Of a stretch of DNA of 37,581 bases, positions 8,128 to 15,955 are shown one piece after another (the stretch's first letter is position 1; each line of letters begins with the position of its first letter). The notes beneath the pieces are model-generated. The model saw nothing but the letters and a program-made list of their open reading frames with translations. It was not told the DNA's origin and ran no database searches. Made by a program: the position numbers and the translations under genes. Origin of the DNA: Candidatus Nomurabacteria bacterium (GTDB taxonomy: Bacteria; Patescibacteriota; Minisyncoccia; Phycocordibacterales; UBA2100); the NCBI GenBank assembly GCA_943359705.1, contig CALRIB010000001.1, positions 1 through 37,581 of the forward strand. Direction: 5' to 3'.

Positions 8128-10083
8128 ATGCATCCCTCGCTTAGGGTCGTGCGGGATATTTTTGCTGTTGGCGTCCTCTTCGTCGCTCTAAACACGGGTC
8201 TCAATATAGCCCTCGCGGCCGACGGCGGTAAAGCGACGGCCGACAAGAGCGCCGATGCGATGTGCAATCCCGTCATCACCCAGTGCAAACGTTGCGGCAC
8301 CATTCCCTACGGCTCGACGTGCATCAAAGGAGCGTCCAACAAGCTCAACATGAACGGCTGCCCGTGCCAGAGCAAGGACGGAAAGACCGGTGGTGTGTGC
8401 GTCGCGGCGAACAATTGCAAAGGTACTTGGAGAAAAGACGAGAAAGGTAAAGAAGTGCCCATCGACGGCAAGGGCACACCACCCCCCGCTTCCACCGCAC
8501 CTCCGAGCGGCACCACTCCACCGGGCGACCAGGTCCCGCCGACCACTTCTGCCGACCCGCGTCAGCCGAATCTGAATCCTGACGGTACTCCAGCCGCAGC
8601 AAACAATAGCGGCAAACAAACCGACGCTGCCGCCGAGCTCAACAATCTTGCATATCCCGACAACCCAAATGCTCCTTCGCGTCAGGAACAGCTGGAGAAG
8701 ATTGATGCGGAGATAGCACGACTCAAACAAGACATCTCACAATACTCCGCACAAAATACCGACGCCCAAAAAACGGCGGATCTCGCAGACTTGTACGCGC
8801 GGCGCGATGCGCTCTTGAATCCGCCGTTGACAAACGGGCCGGTTCAACCGTCAACTTTTGATGAGTCGGGGTTTACCCAAATAACCCCGCAGAAAGAGCA
8901 AACCTTTAGCGGTTGGTTATACGATAATACGAACGGATGGCTCGGCGTATCTGATAACCCTACTCAGCGGGCAATAGACCGTCTTACCAGTGAAGGTTTT
9001 ACTCCCGCTCAGCAGGAAAGATATTTTGAACAGTTGGCCGCTTCGGAAAGAGGTGAGGCGGTTCATCCCATTATCCCGCAAAGCACATTCATTGGACATG
9101 CAAATGCGGCCCCGGGCCTCGAAACTGCATGGATGACTCAACCAACCCCCTCAAATTCTTCATTTGTAGATCGACCCATAACTTCAGGCGAAGTGCAGAC
9201 GCAGCTTCCGCCTGCACAGACTTCGCAACAAACGGCACCGACTGCACCGCCCGCGTCTCCGGCCGCATCCGCGCCTCCCACGGGCTACACACCCGCGCCT
9301 TCTCCCGTTCAGTCGGGCCCGACCGGTGCACAACAATCCGGTCCGTTTGGTCCGCCGGCCGGCTCCGCACCGGCTGCACAAGCTCCTGCGACAAACCCCA
9401 CTCAAACCGGCCCGGCTCCTACGCCAACCCCCACTTCGCCCACCGGGCAGAGTCAATTCCCGACGAATCCGACGACCCCCACCAGGCCGACTGCTCCATA
9501 CCCGACTTCTCCTAGTCCGACTCCCACAGGCCCCACTCCTCCGGGGACGAGTCCGATTCCGAATAATCCCACGCAACAATTTCCAACAAGACCCGTTCCA
9601 AATATTCCGCCGACTCCGACCCCTTACACCCCGGCACGACCTACCACTCCAAACGTGCCAACGCGTATCTACAACAACGTCCGCACGTTTACGAATACCG
9701 TCCTTTCGCTTCTCTCGTTCAGCCCGCCGACCAATAACAATACGGTCGTTGTTACGCCTACGCCTGCCCCCGCCACTCCCGTCACGCCGACCGCCTCTAC
9801 ATATGTGCAGGCATGTCCGCCGGGGAAGCCTTGCGCCAATATCCCCATCATTCCGCTTCCGGGTCAGCCGCAGACTCTCACACCCACTGCTCCGCCAACG
9901 ACGCAGCAAACGGGCGCGTACGTGTGTTTCGACACCAACTCGTCTTTGCGGGTCATCACAGGCAGCAACGCATCGAACTGCGTAAAAGTGGGGGACACAC
10001 CGAGCCCGCTTCCGCAGCCGAATATTTCCGACCTTACCGAGCAGCTTCGTAGCTTCCTGACCCCGGCAGGTGCATCGCTATAA
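8128..10083 (+). CDS. Secreted protein with a Cys-rich N-terminal domain and a long Pro/Thr-rich low-complexity region
   Basis: Signal-peptide-like N-terminus ending in ALA, eight clustered Cys, a short coiled-coil-like segment, PT-rich stalk, and four more Cys near the C-terminus. Confidence 0.85.
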   Translation: MHPSLRVVRDIFAVGVLFVALNTGLNIALAADGGKATADKSADAMCNPVITQCKRCGTIPYGSTCIKGASNKLNMNGCPCQSKDGKTGGVCVAANNCKGTWRKDEKGKEVPIDGKGTPPPASTAPPSGTTPPGDQVPPTTSADPRQPNLNPDGTPAAANNSGKQTDAAAELNNLAYPDNPNAPSRQEQLEKIDAEIARLKQDISQYSAQNTDAQKTADLADLYARRDALLNPPLTNGPVQPSTFDESGFTQITPQKEQTFSGWLYDNTNGWLGVSDNPTQRAIDRLTSEGFTPAQQERYFEQLAASERGEAVHPIIPQSTFIGHANAAPGLETAWMTQPTPSNSSFVDRPITSGEVQTQLPPAQTSQQTAPTAPPASPAASAPPTGYTPAPSPVQSGPTGAQQSGPFGPPAGSAPAAQAPATNPTQTGPAPTPTPTSPTGQSQFPTNPTTPTRPTAPYPTSPSPTPTGPTPPGTSPIPNNPTQQFPTRPVPNIPPTPTPYTPARPTTPNVPTRIYNNVRTFTNTVLSLLSFSPPTNNNTVVVTPTPAPATPVTPTASTYVQACPPGKPCANIPIIPLPGQPQTLTPTAPPTTQQTGAYVCFDTNSSLRVITGSNASNCVKVGDTPSPLPQPNISDLTEQLRSFLTPAGASL

Positions 10084-10094
10084 ACAGGCCACGA

Positions 10095-10122
10095 TTGACA
10101 ATTTTGTCAAATTTGATATAAT
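10095..10122 (+). promoter_or_regulatory. Consensus sigma70-type promoter TTGACA-N16-TATAAT with a dyad over the -35
   Basis: TTGACA 10095-10100, TATAAT 10117-10122; TTGACAA-TT-TTGTCAA inverted repeat at 10095-10110. Confidence 0.7.
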
Positions 10123-10196
10123 GTACGGAGTCCGCTCCTTAGGCATCCGATAGTTTGCCTTGGGTTTTCCCCACCGTCCTTAACAGGAGACTCCGC

Positions 10197-10496
10197 ATGT
10201 CGAGTCAAGCCCTTCCCGCGCCTCCCGGCAGCGTCAATGTGCTCAAAATTGTCGTTGTCGGATTGTCGGCGGGACTACTGGTCGCGCTCGTCGCCCTCTA
10301 CCTTCTGCTGGAGAAATCCCGCGAGATGGCACGAACGCTCCCGCAGCCGACGCCAGCGTGCTTCTACGATCCGAACGACGTTCAGTCCTGCTGCGAACGG
10401 AACGAGGTTCCGAAGTTCTCCGTTGACCCCGGCCGCCTCGAAAACGGCAAGGTCGTCTCCCCTTGGAGAACTGCCTGCAGACGCGTACAAACCTGA
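10197..10496 (+). CDS. Hypothetical single-TM protein with a Cys-containing C-terminal domain
   Basis: AGGAG upstream of ATG 10197, a TM helix, four Cys, a promoter upstream and a hairpin downstream. Confidence 0.7.
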   Translation: MSSQALPAPPGSVNVLKIVVVGLSAGLLVALVALYLLLEKSREMARTLPQPTPACFYDPNDVQSCCERNEVPKFSVDPGRLENGKVVSPWRTACRRVQT

Positions 10497-10513
10497 CGCA
10501 GCAAACATCGGAT

Positions 10514-10543
10514 AAGACGGCAGCTCGCTTGAGCCGCCGTCTT
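10514..10543 (+). terminator. Terminator-like hairpin
   Basis: AAGACGGC.GCTC-loop-GAGC.GCCGTCTT followed by T-rich sequence. Confidence 0.55.
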
Positions 10544-10566
10544 TCCATTTGTGGTATAGTGGACAC

Positions 10567-11124
10567 ATGACAGGTTGGATTATTTTGGGAATAGTCGTAG
10601 TGGTCGCACTTTGGGCCATCTACGCTTTCAATCGTTTTGTTACGCTTACCAACCGTGTGAAAGAGGCTTGGTCGGATATTGATATCCAGCTGAAGCGTCG
10701 CTACGACCTCATTCCGAATCTCGTGGAGACGGTCAAAGGATACGCCGGGCACGAGAGCGGCACGCTTGCGAAGGTGACCGAGATGCGCACGCGCGCGATG
10801 AACGCCACGACGCCGACCGACAAATCGGCTGCGGAAAACATGCTCTCCGGCGCGCTCAAAACCCTTTTCGCCGTTTCGGAAAATTATCCCAACCTGAGAG
10901 CCAACGAAAACTTCGTCGAACTTCAAAATGAACTTTCCGACACAGAAAACAAAATCCAAGCCGCTCGCCGTTTCTACAATTCCACCGTGCAGGACCTCAA
11001 CACCGGTCTCCAGGTATTCCCGTCCAACCTCATCGGCTCGACCTTCGGCTTCACTCCTCGCGACTTCTTCCAACTGGGCGAGAACGAACAAGCAGCAAAA
11101 GAGCCGGTGAAAGTCAGTTTTTAG
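10567..11124 (+). CDS. lemA: LemA family protein
   Basis: N-terminal TM, AWSDIDIQLKRRYDLIPNLVETVKGYA, ENYPNLRANENF, ENKIQAARRFYN. Confidence 0.97.
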   Translation: MTGWIILGIVVVVALWAIYAFNRFVTLTNRVKEAWSDIDIQLKRRYDLIPNLVETVKGYAGHESGTLAKVTEMRTRAMNATTPTDKSAAENMLSGALKTLFAVSENYPNLRANENFVELQNELSDTENKIQAARRFYNSTVQDLNTGLQVFPSNLIGSTFGFTPRDFFQLGENEQAAKEPVKVSF

Positions 11125-11836
11125 TCGCTGTCCGTATCGTTTTTTTGGTGTGCGGCGGCTTTTTCTGCTGCGGCACCATGAGGGGCGGACGCGGCGCGCT
11201 AATATAAAACTCATGTTTGCCTATTTGGCCGACTTTTATAAGTGAATCAAAAAAGGCCTTTGACCGTTCACTCATTTGGGCATCCGTCGATTTGTAGAAT
11301 TGCGTATTTTCAGGCAAACCGGTTATCTGGGAGAGTTCTCTTACGATAGCTTCCGGACTCTTGTGCGCAAAATGTTTTACGAAGATCTCGGTCAGCTTGA
11401 CGAGGTCGCCGCCCTCGCGCCGCGCGAGCTCTTGCGGATCGTATGCGGTCCACGAAAATTGCCGCTTGGCGTAGACGACGTCCTGGATGCTGTGGCCCCA
11501 ACGTTTCGACGCAAGTCGTGCGAAGGTGACTTGTGCGATAGCCAGTTGACCATGCGCACTCTCGCCGCGCGCCTCATGAAACACGTTCTTTGCCAGGAAT
11601 TCGAGATCGCTTTTGCTGAAAAATTCTTGACGCTGTTCTTGCACTTTGAGTGCACGTGGCTCTGCAGCAGCTGCATCCGTAGGAGTGGCGAGCGAGACGA
11701 CGCTCGCGGCAAGGAGCGTTCGCAATCCGGTCGCGATCTCTTCCATTGAAGGCGGGCGCCCCGACGAACTCTCATCGGCAGCGAAGTCGGAAAGCGTCTC
11801 GCGAAAACTCCGCCGCTGCGGCATTTCCATGTACAT
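11114..11836 (-). CDS. Cell wall hydrolase, SleB/CwlJ (Hydrolase_2) family
   Basis: LAKNVFHEARGESAHGQLAIAQV...DVVYAKRQFSW...IGKHEFY matches the family pattern, with the catalytic Glu in EARGE. Confidence 0.88.
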   Translation of the reverse strand: MYMEMPQRRSFRETLSDFAADESSSGRPPSMEEIATGLRTLLAASVVSLATPTDAAAAEPRALKVQEQRQEFFSKSDLEFLAKNVFHEARGESAHGQLAIAQVTFARLASKRWGHSIQDVVYAKRQFSWTAYDPQELARREGGDLVKLTEIFVKHFAHKSPEAIVRELSQITGLPENTQFYKSTDAQMSERSKAFFDSLIKVGQIGKHEFYISAPRPPLMVPQQKKPPHTKKTIRTATKN

Positions 11837-11893
11837 CGATTCAAGTATAGCTCACCGTAGATTCAGGCCTATTTTCCCAGTATGATGAGCGGG

Positions 11894-12787
11894 ATGGCTT
11901 CCCTCTACACACAGCAGTCAAAAAACGTCTTCCGGACATGGACGATGATGGGGGTGTTTCTCATTTTGGTCATTGGAGTCGGATGGCTGGCGGCGCAATA
12001 CTACGGTGATTCGACACTTCTCTACGTGGCAGTCGGCTTTTCACTGTTTGCCAACGTGGGCGCCTACTGGTTCTCCGACAAAGTCGCTATCGCTTCCGTG
12101 GGAGCGAAGCCGGCTGATGAAAATCAGTACAAAGAATTGCATCGCATCGTCGAAAATCTTGCCATCACGGCGGGGTTGCCGAAGCCGCGTGTGTACATTA
12201 TTGAAGACCCGGCGCCCAACGCATTTGCAACCGGGCGAGATGCAAAGCACGCGGTTATAGCGGTGACGACCGGGCTTCTTGGAATGATGGACCGAAGCGA
12301 GCTCGAAGGCGTGCTCGCGCACGAACTCTCGCACGTGGGCAATCGCGATATTTTGGTGATGACGGTCGCGGTCGTCTTGGTCGGATTCATCTCTGTGCTC
12401 GCCAATATGTTCTTGCATATCGGCCACTGGGGCGGACGCGACAGAGACAGCAAGGGTAACGCATTTATCGCAATTGCCGCGATTATGGCGATGATTCTTG
12501 CACCCATCGCGGCCCAGCTCATCCAACTCGCCATCTCCCGCAAACGTGAATTCTTGGCTGACGCATCGGGCGCTTTGCTCACACGCTATCCCGATGGCCT
12601 AGCGTCCGCGCTCACCAAAATCGGCGCATACGCCGCGCCGATGCAGCGTGCTTCGACCACCACCGCGCATCTTTTCATTTCCAATCCGTTCGGCGCACAT
12701 CCGGCAGGGCAGTACTTGGCCAATCTTTTTTCCACGCATCCGCCTCTTTCCGCGCGCATCGAAGCGCTGCAAGGGATGAACGTGTAA
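11894..12787 (+). CDS. htpX: Zinc metalloprotease HtpX (M48)
   Basis: PNAFATGR, ELEGVLAHELSH, ISRKREFLADA, FSTHPP. Confidence 0.96.
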   Translation: MASLYTQQSKNVFRTWTMMGVFLILVIGVGWLAAQYYGDSTLLYVAVGFSLFANVGAYWFSDKVAIASVGAKPADENQYKELHRIVENLAITAGLPKPRVYIIEDPAPNAFATGRDAKHAVIAVTTGLLGMMDRSELEGVLAHELSHVGNRDILVMTVAVVLVGFISVLANMFLHIGHWGGRDRDSKGNAFIAIAAIMAMILAPIAAQLIQLAISRKREFLADASGALLTRYPDGLASALTKIGAYAAPMQRASTTTAHLFISNPFGAHPAGQYLANLFSTHPPLSARIEALQGMNV

Positions 12788-12793
12788 ATCACC

Positions 12794-13333
12794 ATGCATT
12801 TATCGCGCGACGGCAAATTCGTACGCACCGACATGTGGCGCGAAGGGGAGTATCTCGACCTCTGGAGCGTGCCGCATTTTCTCTCAGGCGTCGCTCTTGC
12901 ACTCGCGATGCGTTACGTGGGCTTCGATGTATTGCCTACTTTTGTCGTGGCGTTCCTGCTCCTTGTCGGCTACGAAATGTTCGAAGCGCTCGCCAAGATA
13001 GAGGAAACTCGCTGGAATCGTACGCTTGACGTCGTTGTCGGGCTAGTGAGCTTTACGCCCACCTATCTTCTCTCCGCGTCATTCGCCGCAGCGGATATTG
13101 TGCCCGCATTCGCACTCGTCGCAGGTATCGATGGCGCACTCAGTTTCATCGGCTGGCGCGCATCGCAAAAAGCAATTGTTCTCGAAACAAAACTTCGCGC
13201 CGAAATTGAAGGCCAAAGAGAAAAAATGCAGGAGCGCGGCGAGCGTATCAAGGCCAAGCTGCACGAAGAGCGGCTCAAGTGGGACAAGCGAGGGCGAGCA
13301 TTCAAAAACCGAATTATTGAAGAGAAACTTTAG
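12794..13333 (+). CDS. Hypothetical multi-TM membrane protein with a C-terminal coiled coil
   Basis: DLWSVPHFLSG motif, several hydrophobic helices, charged tail; 6 bp after htpX. Confidence 0.8.
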   Translation: MHLSRDGKFVRTDMWREGEYLDLWSVPHFLSGVALALAMRYVGFDVLPTFVVAFLLLVGYEMFEALAKIEETRWNRTLDVVVGLVSFTPTYLLSASFAAADIVPAFALVAGIDGALSFIGWRASQKAIVLETKLRAEIEGQREKMQERGERIKAKLHEERLKWDKRGRAFKNRIIEEKL

Positions 13334-13376
13334 GTGACCGGAACATTCCGCCTTCGCAATCACGATATGGGCGAGA

Positions 13377-13398
13377 ATAGGTCGATATATCGCCCTGT
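13377..13398. repeat. Downstream copy of the 22-bp palindrome (ATAGGTCGATATATCGCCCTGT)
   Basis: 20/22 identical to 13824-13845; ends 10 bp beyond the stop codon of the TrpR-like gene. Confidence 0.85.
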
Positions 13399-13408
13399 TC
13401 GTTTCCGT

Positions 13409-13825
13409 TCAGATTGGTTTTCTCCCGCTTCGAAGTGCGTCCAAACGCTTTTGATGCCGCGGACCCGCCCGGGAGGGCATCCCGGCCGAAAGGAACACTT
13501 CCAGATAATCAAGGAACGAAAGGTTTCTGTTGAAAACACGGCATAGCGGATCAAAGTCTCCGGCCAACAGACGTCTATGGAGGCGCTTAATGGTTGATCC
13601 ACTGACGTTGAGCGTTTGTTCAATGTAGTAATAGGACTGGTCGCGTTCGAGCATCGTTATAATGGCGAGGCGCTTTGCGAGCATCATCCGTTCTGTGGGA
13701 GTTAGAAGAGAACGAACCCGAGCTTTCCCTCTTTGAAGACTTGTTGAGAAAAGAGCATTCATAAACGCATTGATAATATGTTGCTCCGTGCGAGGTTCTA
13801 TCTTTCGTTTCGAGACGTGTGTCAT
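13409..13825 (-). CDS. TrpR/YerC-YecD-like helix-turn-helix protein
   Basis: LLTPTERMMLAKRLAIITML...SYYYIEQTLNVSGSTIKR resembles the TrpR-family pattern LLTxxE...R...HTH. Confidence 0.82.
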   Translation of the reverse strand: MTHVSKRKIEPRTEQHIINAFMNALFSTSLQRGKARVRSLLTPTERMMLAKRLAIITMLERDQSYYYIEQTLNVSGSTIKRLHRRLLAGDFDPLCRVFNRNLSFLDYLEVFLSAGMPSRAGPRHQKRLDALRSGRKPI

Positions 13826-13845
13826 AGGTCGATATATCGACCTAT
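13824..13845. promoter_or_regulatory. 22-bp perfect palindrome ATAGGTCGATATATCGACCTAT over the start codon; putative operator
   Basis: Exact self reverse complement; overlaps the ATG and a minus-strand TACTAT -10-like box. Confidence 0.8.
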
Positions 13846-13896
13846 AGTAGCATTGGCGATTGAACCCAGAAAGAAACTCGATATACTACCAGTTAC

Positions 13897-13981
13897 GGAG
13901 GCGTCGCATAGTGGTCTAGTGCACCGCCTTGGAAAGGCGGCATGCCGCAAGGCATCGAGAGTTCGAATCTCTCCGCCTCCG
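13897..13981 (+). tRNA. tRNA-Ser(GGA)
   Basis: Acceptor GGAGGCG/CGCCTCC, anticodon arm CCGCC-TTGGAAA-GGCGG, long variable arm, GTTCGAATC, G73; CCA not encoded. Confidence 0.97.
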
Positions 13982-13986
13982 CCCTT

Positions 13987-14304
13987 ATGGAACAACGAAT
14001 TCAAAATCTTGAGAAAGAACTTGCGGCGATGGCGCAGCGTGTTCAGCAGTTGGAAACTGAAGCATCCGCTCTAAAAGAGCGTAACAAGCGCGTCGAAGGG
14101 GACAAGGCGTGGGAGATAAGTTATTTTAGGAGTTGCTCGCTGGCGGCGGCGACGTACGTTGTCTCGGCCGTCGTGCTCAAAATGATAGACCGCGAGAATT
14201 TCTTCGTCGAAGCGCTGGTGCCGGCGCTCGGGTATCTTCTTTCAACGCTCTCGCTCCCGGCCGTGAAGCGCTGGTGGGTAAGAAAATTTGATTCACGAGT
14301 CTAA
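13987..14304 (+). CDS. Hypothetical membrane protein (coiled coil plus two TM)
   Basis: ATG just after the tRNA; ERNKRVEGDKAWE motif followed by hydrophobic helices. Confidence 0.8.
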   Translation: MEQRIQNLEKELAAMAQRVQQLETEASALKERNKRVEGDKAWEISYFRSCSLAAATYVVSAVVLKMIDRENFFVEALVPALGYLLSTLSLPAVKRWWVRKFDSRV

Positions 14305-15221
14305 CGTGAAGCTCTGATGTCTTTCATTATGATGATATCGTCCTCGTGTTGCCCCGGCATCGTGGGGAGGTGAGTCTTGAGCGTAATTTTTACGTCCGTA
14401 CCCTCACCCTTGATCACGAGCGTCAGATTGCCTTCAGCGTCGGGGATACTGTTTTGTTCGCGCGCTTTTTCGATAAGTTTTTGGTAACTCTCAAGAACGT
14501 TTTCCTTGTCTCGTATGCCGAGTTCCCGCAGTGCGGGTTTGTCGAGCTTATCAAGCGTATCCTTCGCTTCGCTGTATGTTAAGACACCCTCAGCGTCGTT
14601 TTTCCCTGCTTCTTGGAACTGCGCATCGGATTTCACCTGCATTTTTTCCCAGAACTCTTCGCCCACCGATGTATCAACTGAAGTCGTCCCGCTCTCTATC
14701 ACCCCTTTCAATTTATACAGACCGGTAGATCGAAGTGAATTGGCCATATTCATGCGGCATAAAATCCAGCCACCCGGCGCTATTTGTTTAAGGAATTTCT
14801 CTCTCGGCAACACGTCCTTGTCGAGAACAACCGCAATATCGGCGCGTTCGGCAAGATGTTGGTGCGCCGGGTCGCCTTTGACGACGTTCTCGAACCCGCT
14901 TTTCTTTTTAAGCATATCCCGCTCCGAGCGTTTCTCCGTGAGGAAGGTGAAGTTGGGAATCGAATCGCCCTTCTTGAAAGCTCGCGTGATTGCCATGTTG
15001 CGCTCCGGATGAACGACATAGATAGAGAGATTCTCAGGGTCAATGCGGTCGAGGTGAAAGGTGCGTCGGAATGCGCGCATCGCCTTGATATCGGTGTGAT
15101 GCACTTCGAGATAGGTATCGCTCTTAAGGTCGCGTGAAAGCTCCTTCTCGAACAACTCCTCTTCGTCCGGAATCTTTTCTAGAGCGCCTACTCCCATCTC
15201 GCCGCCGTGAGCTTTTGTCAT
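14301..15221 (-). CDS. Hypothetical protein, possibly a degenerate Rossmann/methyltransferase-like fold
   Basis: Long charged ORF; ADIAVV...LKQIAPGGWIL weakly resembles class I MTase motifs. Start 15221 is supported by TATACT 6 nt upstream. Confidence 0.7.
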   Translation of the reverse strand: MTKAHGGEMGVGALEKIPDEEELFEKELSRDLKSDTYLEVHHTDIKAMRAFRRTFHLDRIDPENLSIYVVHPERNMAITRAFKKGDSIPNFTFLTEKRSERDMLKKKSGFENVVKGDPAHQHLAERADIAVVLDKDVLPREKFLKQIAPGGWILCRMNMANSLRSTGLYKLKGVIESGTTSVDTSVGEEFWEKMQVKSDAQFQEAGKNDAEGVLTYSEAKDTLDKLDKPALRELGIRDKENVLESYQKLIEKAREQNSIPDAEGNLTLVIKGEGTDVKITLKTHLPTMPGQHEDDIIIMKDIRASR

Positions 15222-15284
15222 GGCAAAAGTATAGCAAAATCGGACGAGAGTGTGCAGGAGAGATGGGTGTGGTTTAATGTGCGG

Positions 15285-15824
15285 ATGCATCTCCGGCACG
15301 CGTTTCTTGTGGCAGTTGTTGTATGTATCGTCGCACTTGTTTTCATTAAACTCCCCGCGTTTCCCGCAAATCCTGCGACTGCGACGTCGACCCCGGCTAC
15401 TTCTATGCCGGTTGTCCAAGAAGAATCAACGACGACCGCCGCGGGCACGCCCCGCGTGCCCGCGGCACCCTTTCCCTCCGTGCAAATCGGCGGACAAACA
15501 GTGCACGTCACCATCGCCGACACACCCGACAAGCGTGAACAAGGTTTGAGCGGTCGCAAAGGCCTCGCGCCCGACGAAGGAATGCTCTTCGTTTTTCCCG
15601 GCGACGGCCAGTACGGCTTTTGGATGAAGGACATGCTCTTTTCGATTGATATTGTGTGGGTGTCGGCGAGCAGCACAGTCGTTGACATACAGGCGAATGT
15701 CTCTCCGGATACCTATCCGAGCGTGTTCCAGCCCAAAGCAGCGGCGCGCTATGTTTTGGAGCTCCCCGCCGGATTTGCCAAGCTTTACAACGTGCAAAAG
15801 GGGGGTGCCGTCGTGCTCCCATAA
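15285..15824 (+). CDS. DUF192 family protein with an N-terminal TM anchor
   Basis: IADTPDKREQGLSGR, GMLFVF, FWMKDMLFSIDIVW, YVLELPAG. Confidence 0.92.
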   Translation: MHLRHAFLVAVVVCIVALVFIKLPAFPANPATATSTPATSMPVVQEESTTTAAGTPRVPAAPFPSVQIGGQTVHVTIADTPDKREQGLSGRKGLAPDEGMLFVFPGDGQYGFWMKDMLFSIDIVWVSASSTVVDIQANVSPDTYPSVFQPKAAARYVLELPAGFAKLYNVQKGGAVVLP

Positions 15825-15845
15825 AAACTTCATCGCAGCCGGCGG

Positions 15846-15865
15846 CCTGCCTGCCGGTAGGCAAG
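15846..15865. repeat. Second copy of the 20-bp palindrome (CCTGCCTGCCGGTAGGCAAG)
   Basis: 18/20 identity to 599-618; intergenic. Confidence 0.8.
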
Positions 15866-15955
15866 TTGTCCACACCTCCTTGTTCATTTCATTTTAAAAG
15901 TGCGGGGGTACAATGAATCTCCGCTTAGGGGTTTACCAAGATAACGTCAGTGCGC

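Noticed and set aside
13942..13986. N-terminal extension of ORF 13942..14304
   Set aside because: It overlaps tRNA-Ser; ATG 13987 is the plausible start.
15830..15955. Cobalamin riboswitch or NrdR box upstream of nrdJ
   Set aside because: The spacer is short and I could not identify a B12-box or an NrdR palindrome.
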